Origin: an uncultured Desulfobulbia bacterium
GTDB taxonomy: Bacteria > Desulfobacterota > Desulfobulbia > Desulfobulbales > Desulfurivibrionaceae
Reading direction: 5' to 3'
NCBI GenBank assembly: GCA_964385695.1
Contig: CAYLQA010000023.1
Location: forward strand, 24,026-56,025
DNA: 32,000 nt
How positions within the stretch are numbered: position 1 is the first letter of the stretch; every line of letters begins with the position of its first letter. The position numbers and the translations under genes were made by a program. The notes beneath the pieces were generated by a model, which was not told the origin of the DNA, did no database searches, and worked only from the letters and a program-made list of their open reading frames with translations. Of this stretch, positions 16,530-25,395 are shown piece by piece.

Positions 16530-19500
16530 ATGAATATTACAATAAACGGTAACGAAATTGTTGCTGAAGAAGGGATAACTATCCTTGAAGCGGCAAAACG
16601 TGCAGATATTGAAATCCCCACCCTCTGTCATGTGAAGCAGGGCACCTCGGACGTCCCTTGTGAGCTTTGTATTGTCGAGGTTGAAGGTGCAGATGAGCCT
16701 GTTCGTTCATGTAGTACTCCCATTGCCGAGTCAATGGTTGTTGTGACCGATTCCGAGCAGCTTGTTGCCCAGCGCAAAGAGCGCTTGAGCACGATAATGT
16801 CCAGTCACTTTGGCGATTGCAAGGCACCTTGTAATCTTACCTGTCCCGGTCAGATTAACGTTCAAGGTTATATTGCCCATGTTGCCAAAGGACAATATGA
16901 AGAGGCCTTGCGCCTTGTCATGGAACGGAATCCGTTTCCATTTTCCGTTGGTCGTGTTTGCCCGCGTTTTTGTGAGACCCGATGTCGTCGAATCCTTGTC
17001 GATGAGTCTGTTTCCATCAACCATCTCAAGCGGTTTGTTGCTGACTGGGCCATGGCCAACAAGGTCGACCTGAAGATCCCCAGGGAAAAACATACAGGCA
17101 AAAGAATTGCTGTTATTGGGGGTGGCCCATCCGGCCTTAGCGCTGCATATTTCCTTGCTCGCAAGGGCCACGATGTGACCGTTCTTGAGTCTTCACCCAA
17201 GCTTGGTGGAATGCTGCGCTACGGTCTGCCTGAATATAAAATCCCCAGCGATGTCCTTGATTATGAGATCAACATGATCTTGAGAATGGGCATCAATGTT
17301 CGCTTGAGTCAGAAATGGGGGGTTGATTTCACCCTGCAGGAACTGCGCGAGCAGGGATTTGATTCCATACTTATCTCCACTGGTACCCCTGTTGACGAAA
17401 GTCTTGATATCCCCGGTTGCGCATTACCCAAGGTAGTGAAGGCCGGTAAATTCCTGCGCGACGTCAATGAGGGCAAGGTCAAAGATTACGGCCGTTCAGC
17501 TGTTGTGTTCGGTGGCAACAACATTGCCATGGAAACCGCTCGTTCCTTGATTCGTAGTGGTGTTGACGAGGTAACCATCATCTATCCTCGGGCTCAGACC
17601 GAAATGCCTGCTAACCAGCGGACAATTCGCGAGGCAGAGCGCGATGGTGTGCAGTTCCTCTTGATGGCTTCTCCTGTTAATTTTGTTGATACAGACAACG
17701 GTATTAACGTTGAGTTGATCAGAATGAAACTCGGCGAGCCGGATAAAAAGGGTGTACGTCATCCTGAGGCAATTCCTGGTTCTAGTGTTAACATCCTCGT
17801 TGATACGGTTGTTGTCTCCCAGGGACTGAAGGCCTGTAAAGATAAATTTGAAGGCGGCGAACTTGAAGAAACCCTTGAGCTTACACCAAAGGGAAATCTC
17901 AAGGCCAATCCGAGAACCGCTCTGACCAATCACCCAGGGATTTTTGCTGCCGGTGATGTGACCAGTGGCCCGCGCTCTGTGATTCAGGCTGTGGTAGCTG
18001 CTCGTCGTGCAGCTGAGAATGTGCATTCCCAGGTAATGGGTGTACCAAAGCCACCGGCTGAAAGTCGTTTTAACTTTCACCGTGGACGCACCTTTGATGA
18101 TGTTGATCTTAAAAACTTTGAAGGCATCAACATCAAGCTGCGCGAAAAAATGCCTGGCCGTCCGCCTGAGATCAGCACTCAAGATTTTGACGAGTACAAA
18201 CTCGGCTTCAATGAAAAGATGGCCGTGAATGAGGCTAAGCGTTGTTTGTCCTGCGGTTGCTCGGCATTTGAGCGATGCGATCTCAAGAAAGAGGCTTTGG
18301 AACTCGGCCTTGATCCCAACCGCACTGGTATGGGGAAAACGCCTGATTACTCCAAAGATATATCCCATCCCACCATCATGGTGGATATGAATAAGTGTAT
18401 CTATTGTAAGCGTTGCGAGAATAGCTGCGATTACGATGCCCTGAGCATTTCAGCCGAAGGGACTGATGAGCAGGGTAGACCTCAAGGGCTTTCCTTTCAG
18501 TTCAAGGAAAACTGTGTTTCCTGTGGTGCCTGTGTGGATAACTGTTCAACCGGTGCGCTTAACAAAAAGGATGCCATGGTTCCAGTGGTAAGCGAGGAAA
18601 TGCGCGAGGTGCGCACGACTTGTCCTTACTGTGGTGCAGGCTGTCAGATGATTCTCCGGGTTAAGGGTAATACCTTGATGGAGGTTACCTCTGACCCTGA
18701 TTTGGCACCGAACTACGGCGCACTTTGTGTGAAAGGACGTTTTGCCCATAACTTTGTCCAGCATAAGGATCGCTTGACCCAGCCTTTGGTTCGGCGCAAC
18801 GGTCAACTGGTTGAGACCACTTGGGAAGATGCACTGAATGTAGTTGCTAAGCGTTTCTTCGATATCAAGTCCATGTACGGAGCTGACGCAATTTCCGGCT
18901 TCAGTTGTGCAAGGGCCACCAACGAAGAAAACTTTTTGATGCAAAAATTTATGCGGACAGCGATCGGAACGAATAATATCGATCACTGTGCTCGACTCTG
19001 ACACGCTCCCACGGTGGCCAGTTTGGCCCTCACCTTCGGCAGCGGCGCAATGACCAACTCCATCGGAGACGCGGTCAACAATAAAACAGATCTTTTCTTT
19101 ATGATTGGTTCCAACCCGGACACCTCTCATCCGACCATAGGTCTTCGCATCAACCAGGCTGTCAGTAAAGGCGCCAAGTTGGTAGTTGTAGACCCACGAA
19201 AGACCAATCTTGCTGAGCGGGCTGATCTTTGGTTGCGCATTAATCCCGGTACTGATGTTGCCTTGCTTAATGGCTTGATGAATATCATCCTTGAAGAAGA
19301 CCTCTGGGATAAGTCCTTTGTTGAGAATCGAACTGAGGATTTTGATGAACTTCAAAACCTCGTGAAAAAGTATACCCCTGAAAAGGTTGAACAGATTACC
19401 GGTATTGCCCAGGATGACCTGTATACCGCAGCGCGTATGTATGCTGCTGAGGGACGTCACGCCATCTACCACGGAATGGGCATTACTCATTACACCACAG

Positions 19501-20651
19501 GTACTGACCGTGTGAAGAGTATCGCCAACATGGCCATGCTTTGCGGCAAGGTTGGTGTTGAAGGTGGTGGTTGCAACCCGCTACGTGGCCAGAACAATGT
19601 CCAGGGTGCCTGTGATATGGGTGCTCTGTTCAACACCTTGCCTGGTTACGGTTCTCTTGATAACGACGAGCTGCTTGATAAATATGAGGATGTTTGGAAG
19701 GTCAAGCTGCCCAGGAGGCCAGGTAAGCCAGCCACTGAGGTTTGGGAGAATGTTATCAAGGGTGATATCCGTGCCCTTTACATCTTTGGTGAAGATCCGG
19801 CTGTTGCCGATGCTAATATTTCCCATGTGCAGGAAGCATTGGGAGAGGCTGACTTTGTTGTGGTTCAGGATCTCTTCCTCACCGATACGGCGAAGATGGC
19901 CGACGTTGTCTTACCTGCCGCATGTTTTGCGGAAAAAGACGGGACCTTCGCTTGTACAGAGCGTCGCGTGCAGCGTGTGCGTAAAGCGGTTGATCCCCCA
20001 GGACAGGCTCGACCTGATTGGCAGATCTTTACCGAACTTTCCAAGAAGATGGGCTACGAGATGGAGTACAACTCTGCCGAGGACATCTTTGAGGAGATTC
20101 GGAACCTGCTTCCTCAGTACAAAGGTATAACCTACGAGCGTATTGAAGAGGTCGGTTTGCAGTGGCCTGTGCCCAATGAGGATCATCCCGGCACCCCGGT
20201 TCTGCATACAGAGTCCTTTACTCGTGGGCGCGGCCTCTTCATTCCTGAAGAATATATTCCTCCGGTTGAGCTTGCTGATGAAGAATATCCCATGCTCTTT
20301 ACCACCGGCCGTGACCTTGCCCGTTATAACTTCTCCAGCATGACCGGCAAGACCACTGAAATTGATGAAATCAGCCCTGAGTGTTTTGCAGAGGTTAATC
20401 CTGTTGATGCTGAGCGTATGGGAATCAAAGACCTTGATTGGTTGCGTCTGAGTTCCCGCCGTGGCTCGATTGATATCCGTGCCAAGCTCACTGAACGCTC
20501 GCAAGAGGGTACAATTTTTACAACCTATAATCATCTTGAGACCCTGGTGAACCTTCTCACCTTGGATGCTTTGGATAGGTTATCCAGAACGCCTGAGTAC
20601 AAGCTTTGCGCGATCAAAGTTGAAGTATTAGGAGATGAGTTGCCGAACTAA
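16530..20651 (+). CDS. fdhA: Selenocysteine-containing formate dehydrogenase fusion (1373 aa): 2Fe-2S ferredoxin + GltD-like NAD(P)H/FAD oxidoreductase + 2x[4Fe-4S] + Mo/W-bis-PGD FdhA catalytic domain; UGA(Sec) at 18999-19001
   Basis: ORFs 16530..19001 and 19014..20651 share one frame, and reading through the TGA gives [30 protein letters not shown], the FdhA/FdhF active-site motif. GltD-like elements are CPGQINVQGYI, GRVCPRFCETRCRR, the Rossmann motif IAVIGGGPSGLSAAYFLARKG and a second dinucleotide site, VVFGGNNIAMETA. The MopB [4Fe-4S] motif is TCPYCGAGCQM...CVKG. Confidence 0.88.
19013..19034 (+). promoter_or_regulatory. Candidate bacterial SECIS hairpin for the FDH UGA
   Basis: GGU-GGCC-AGUUU-GGCC-(CUC bulge)-ACC, starting 12 nt after the UGA. 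The apical loop contains G-U. Confidence 0.5.
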
Positions 20652-20688
20652 CCTCGGCAATACAATATTTTTATAAGTGGAGTAATGT

Positions 20689-23600
20689 ATGGCTCAAGCA
20701 AAAGATAAACGGTCTGGTACCGTAATGGTTGTCGGCGGCGGTGTCGCCGGTGTCCAAGCGGCACTCGATCTGACCGATCTTGGCTACTACGTCTACCTGG
20801 TGGAAAAATCAGCTGCAGTCGGCGGTGCCATGGCCCAGCTCGATAAGACCTTTCCCACCAATGATTGTTCGCTTTGAATACTCGCACCTAAGTTGGTAGA
20901 GGCCGGTCGGTCTCCAAACATCGAGATTCTGAGCAACGCTGATTTGCTTGCTGTTGACGGCAAACCAGGAAATTTTACCGCAAAAATTCGTCAGCGTCCC
21001 CGTTACATCGATGCTGATAAATGTACTGCCTGTGGTGTCTGTACCAAGTACTGTCCTCGTCACCTTGTTGATGAGTACAACGAGGGATTGGCTGTAACCC
21101 GGCCTATCCATATCGACTATCCCCAGGCCGTACCTGCAACATACTTTATTGATCCGGAAGCATGCCTGTACCTCAAGCATGATACTTGCCAAATCTGTGT
21201 GTCTTCCTGTATGCAAAAGGCCATTGATTTTTCCCAGAAGCCTACAGAGATGGACCTGAACGTTGGTGCCGTTATCATGGCGCCTGGTTTCGGTCGAGTA
21301 TCAGATGAGACTCTGGCCAAATACAGCTACGGAAAGCATCCTGACGTTTTGACCAGTCTTGAGTTCGAGCGTCTGATGTGTGCTTCAGGTCCTTTTGAGG
21401 GTGAGATCCTGCGTCTTTCTGATCGCAAGCATCCCAAGAAGATCGCCATGATCCAGTGTGTCGGTTCCCGCGACCTTGGTTGTGACAATGGCTACTGCTC
21501 TTCTGTTTGCTGTATGTATGCGATCAAGGAGGCTTTGGTTACCAAGGAGCATGATCCTGAGTGCGATATCACCATCTATTATATGGACATGCGAACCCAG
21601 GGTAAGGACTTTGACAACGCACGCATCAAAGCCGAGGCCATGGGCATTAAGTTTGTCCGGGCCAAGGTTGCCGATGTTATGCCATGGGAGGAGAATCTTA
21701 AGCTGACCTACTCCCTGATGGACGGCACCCATCATTTTGATGCCTATGACATGGTCGTACTCTCTGTGGGCCTTGATGCTCCGTCCGATGCCAAAAATCT
21801 TTCCGAGATTGCCGGCATCGAACTCAACGACTACGATTTCTGTAAAACAGATACTTTTGCCCCGCTCTTGACCACCCGCCCCGGTGTGATGGTAGCCGGT
21901 GCCTTCCAGGGACCCAAGGATATTCCTGAGTCTGTGACCCAGTCCAGTGCTGCCGCTGGTATTGCGGCCGGTTTGATCAAGAAGGATCGCGGTAAGGGTA
22001 TTGTCCATAAGGCCTATCCTGATGAGCAGGAGATGCCCGAAGAGGTACGTATCGGTGTCTTTGTCTGCCACTGCGGTATCAACATCGCCTCTGTAGTCGA
22101 TGTGCCCCAGGTTGAGCAGTACACCGAGGGTATGGACGGTGTTGTTTATCATGCCCAGCAGTTGTATAGCTGCTCCCAGGATGCCCAGGAGATCCTTAAA
22201 GACAAGATCAAGGAACATGACCTCAACCGTGTGGTTATTGCTGCCTGTTCACCCAGAACCCATGAGCCGCTTTTTCAAGAGACCCTGAAGGATGCAGGAC
22301 TCAACCGTTGCTTGATTGAGATGGTTAATATTCGCGACCATTGCTCTTGGGTCCATGCCAATGAGCCTGAGGCAGCGACTGATAAATCAAAAGACCTAGT
22401 GCGCATGGGTATTGCCAAGGCGCGCCATATTCAGCCCCTGCCTGAGCAGACTGTGCCTGTAACAGATAAGGCATTGGTTCTTGGTGGTGGTGTTGCCGGA
22501 CTTACCTCGGCCTTGACCTTGGCTGAGCAGGGATTCCATACCACGGTTGTGGAAAAGGAAGACAAGCTTGGCGGCCACCTTCAGCACTTGAGCTACACCT
22601 TGCAGGGAGAGAATGTTGATACGGTCCTGAAATCTTTGTCCGACAAGGTGAAGAAGAGCAAGAAAATCGATATCCTGACCAAGAGCGAGCTTGCCGAAGT
22701 CAGCGGGTTTGTCGGCAACTTCTCTTCTATTGTTAAGACCAAGAAGGGCAAGAAGAACGTTGAAAACACCATCGACCATGGTGTGATTATTGTCGCCACC
22801 GGTGGCAGCGAGCATCGCCCTGAAAAGATCCTTGATAATAAGGTCAAGTTCTCTGATAAGGTTGTAACCCAGCGCGAGCTTGAAAAACGCCTGGCCGGAC
22901 GTGCAAAGAACCGCGCGCCCCAGACCACGGTCATGATCCAGTGTGCCGGGAGCCGCGGCGATGACTTGAACTACTGTAGCAAGGTCTGTTGTAGTCATGC
23001 GGTGAAGAATTCACTGAAGATAAAAGAGATTAATCCCGACTCTCAGGTAATTGTGCTCTATCGCGACATGCGCACCTATGGATTTGCCGAGGATGCCTAC
23101 CGTGAAGCGCGTGAGAAGGGTGTTATCTTTGTGCCTTACACCATGGATGAGAAACCCGTGATCAAAGGCAGCGGCAAGAATCTAAAAGTGACCTATAACG
23201 ATCCGATCTTGCGCGAAGATGTCACTATTGCCCCGGATCTTCTGACCATGAGTGTTGGAATCGTGCCAGAGGGCACAGAGGAGCTGAGCAAGCTTCTAAA
23301 GATTCCTGTCAATGCCGACAGTTTTTACCTTGAGGCCCATGTTAAGCTGCGCCCGGTCGAGCTTCCTGTTTCCGGTGTCTTTGTCTGCGGCTTAGCCCAC
23401 TCGCCAAAACCTGTAGATGAGATCGTTGTCCAGGCCCAGGCTGCGGCAGCGAAAGCTTCCATCCCATTGGTCAAAGGGTATGTCTCTGTTGAGCCCACTG
23501 TCAGCAACGTCGATAAAGATGCCTGTATCGGCTGCGGCATCTGTGAGGCACTCTGTCCCTACCAGGCAATCCGCATGGTCAAGGGTGATGATAAAAAACG

Positions 23601-23751
23601 TAAGGCCGAGACCATCACCGCCTCATGTAAAGGTTGTGGTATCTGTGCCTCACGCTGTCCGGTATTCGCCATCTCCATGGGGGGCTTTACCGATGAACAG
23701 ATTACTGCGCAAATTACCGCCTTTGGTGCAACCGAAGAGGAGTCAGCATAA
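20689..23751 (+). CDS. hdrA: Selenocysteine-containing HdrA-like flavoprotein, two tandem HdrA-type modules (1020 aa); UGA(Sec) at 20875-20877
   Basis: ORFs 20689..20877 and 20893..23751 share one frame. Read-through gives [15 protein letters not shown]...[31 protein letters not shown], where canonical HdrA has DCSMCILAPK. A second Rossmann ([19 protein letters not shown]) appears at aa ~597. The paralogous motifs [20 protein letters not shown] and [20 protein letters not shown] are both present. The C-terminus is a 2x[4Fe-4S] ferredoxin ([24 protein letters not shown]). Confidence 0.88.
20899..20914 (+). promoter_or_regulatory. Candidate bacterial SECIS hairpin for the hdrA UGA
   Basis: GAGGCC-GGUC-GGUCUC: a 6-bp stem (one G-U pair) with a GGUC tetraloop, starting 22 nt after the UGA. 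Confidence 0.5.
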
Positions 23752-24512
23752 TGAGTAAGGAAGAATTCAACCCCAAGATCCTGGGGTTCCTCTGTAACTG
23801 GTGCTGTTATGCAGCCGCGGATAGTGCGGGTGTCTCCCGTTATCAGTATCCGCCCAACCTGCGTACCATCAGAGTCATGTGTACCGGACGCCTTGATCCG
23901 GCCTTTGTTCTGCGCGGCTTTGCCGAGGGAGCGGATGCCATTTTTACAGGCGGCTGACAACTTGGCGAATGTCATTACCAGGTAGGTAATTACGATGCTA
24001 TGGGAGTAAGCGCGCTGGTGAAAAAGGTTCTGGCCGAGGTTGGGATCAAACCTGAGCGTTTTAATCTGCAATGGGCCTCTGCTGCCGAGGCGCCTCGTTT
24101 TGTCAAGCTCATCACCGATTTTACCCAGGAGATGAAAGAGCTTGGGCCGATTGGTCAGGCTGAAGGACTTGATCCAGAGGAGCTTAAAGCACGCCTGGCC
24201 ACGGCGGCAAATTTGGTCAGTGGGCGCAAGCTGCGTGTCGGGTTTGGTAACGCGACCAAGGCACTGCGCAAGGATAATGTCATGGACCAGGAGACCATCA
24301 CCTCGGTGATTGACTCCAAAATGGAAAAATCCATCAGCTCCGGTTTGGTAGAAGAAGGTCTGCTGACCGTTCTCGCTAAAGAGCCTCTTTCCATGACTGC
24401 CTTAGTGAAAGCGCTGAACAGCAAGAAGGATGTTGTTGAGAAGCTGCTCACCACCATGAGCAAGCAGGGCAAGGTGGAGCAGAAAAAGAAGAAGTGGTGT
24501 CTGGCTGGCTAG
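23751..24512 (+). CDS. mvhD: Selenocysteine-containing MvhD/FlpD-family [2Fe-2S] electron-transfer protein with ~115-aa C-terminal extension (253 aa); UGA(Sec) at 23955-23957
   Basis: ORFs 23751..23957 and 24000..24512 share one frame. Read-through gives KILGFLCNWCCYAAADSAG...GADAIFTGG-U-QLGECHYQVGNYDA, where canonical MvhD has GGCHxGDCHY. The ATG overlaps the hdrA TAA (TAATG). Confidence 0.85.
23974..23990 (+). promoter_or_regulatory. Candidate bacterial SECIS hairpin for the mvhD UGA
   Basis: AUUACC-AGGUA-GGUAAU: a perfect 6-bp stem with a loop containing GGU, starting 17 nt after the UGA. Confidence 0.5.
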
Positions 24513-24542
24513 ATAAACCAGCTTTACATTGAGATATATCTA

Positions 24543-24577
24543 GGGCCGTGGCAGTAATGCCGCGGCCCTTTTTTTTT
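24543..24577 (+). terminator. Rho-independent terminator closing the Wood-Ljungdahl/FDH/Hdr operon
   Basis: 10-bp GC-rich stem GGGCCGTGGC / GCCGCGGCCC (one G-U pair) with loop AGTAAT, then T9 (24569-24577). The T-run overlaps the stop codon of the convergent REC-PilZ gene. Confidence 0.8.
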
Positions 24578-25337
24578 ATCTGATTAACTCAGGAATCGGG
24601 ATTTCGAGGAGTTCGATGACTTCGCGCAGGAATTTAATCTGATCTTCACGGAGCATGGCAAACTGAAAGGCGTAGTAGGCCAGGTGTTGTTTGGTTCGTC
24701 TTGGATCCCATTCCACCCGGATAACCTGGCCCTGTATTGTTTTGGCCAGGTTGGTACTTTTGCTCATCAAAAACTGCAGCCTCAGATCTCCGCGATCATA
24801 AACGCTGAGGGTGCGGCTAAAGGACATCTGGGCTAAGAGCCCACCTGTGCCAATATTGACGATAGTGCCACTGGTCGATTGGTATGAGGGGTCAACAATG
24901 GTAACCTTGCTTTCAAAGGGTACGTCAAAACGTTCATCCGCCCTGTGGTCCTCGGTAAACAACATTTTGCGGATTTTAAGAGTGAAGTCTCGAGGACTGA
25001 ATGGTTTAGCGATAAAGTCCGTGGCGCCGAGATGAAGGGCCTTGAGCGCACTCTCTTGATCTTCCTTGTTAAAGATAATGAGGACAGGGAGATGTTGAAA
25101 ACGTTTGGATTCGCGGATCTTGAGAAGGAGTTCAAAGCCGCTGATGCCTTGGAGCTTACGGTTGCAAATAACCAGGTCCAGGCTGTATTTCCGAATGATA
25201 TCCCAGGCTTCAACCCCGCTGCTGACAACATGGACCTTTGAGCAGCCGAAACGGTTGCAGAACAAGACCTCCAGAGCCTCGCGTACCTTGTACGCGCCGT
25301 CAACAATGAGTACCTTGTAACCCTTTTTGGGTCGCAT
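24576..25337 (-). CDS. Receiver-like (degenerate REC) + PilZ domain protein
   Basis: The N-terminus has a CheY-like fold pattern (KVLIVDG...DLVICNRKLQGISGFELL...LPVLIIFN...FIAKPF). The C-terminus has the PilZ motifs RADER (RxxxR) and NIGTGG ((D/N)xSxxG-like). An AGGAG RBS sits upstream. Confidence 0.8.
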   Translation of the reverse strand: MRPKKGYKVLIVDGAYKVREALEVLFCNRFGCSKVHVVSSGVEAWDIIRKYSLDLVICNRKLQGISGFELLLKIRESKRFQHLPVLIIFNKEDQESALKALHLGATDFIAKPFSPRDFTLKIRKMLFTEDHRADERFDVPFESKVTIVDPSYQSTSGTIVNIGTGGLLAQMSFSRTLSVYDRGDLRLQFLMSKSTNLAKTIQGQVIRVEWDPRRTKQHLAYYAFQFAMLREDQIKFLREVIELLEIPIPELIR

Positions 25338-25395
25338 TCACTGCTCCTGTTTAGGGTAATAGGGCAAGGTGATGCTTGCTACATATTATAGTAAC

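Noticed and set aside
18546-19490. 314-aa minus-strand ORF spanning the FDH UGA region.
   Set aside because: It is antisense to the conserved FdhA active-site region and has no family resemblance.
18999-24000. Interpretation of the three ORF-track breaks (19001/19014, 20877/20893, 23957/24000) as genuine stops, frameshifts or pseudogenes.
   Set aside because: In every case the downstream ORF is in the same frame and the short gap translates to conserved family sequence. The TGA falls exactly on a conserved Cys/Sec column and is followed by a hairpin. All three families are known selenoproteins.
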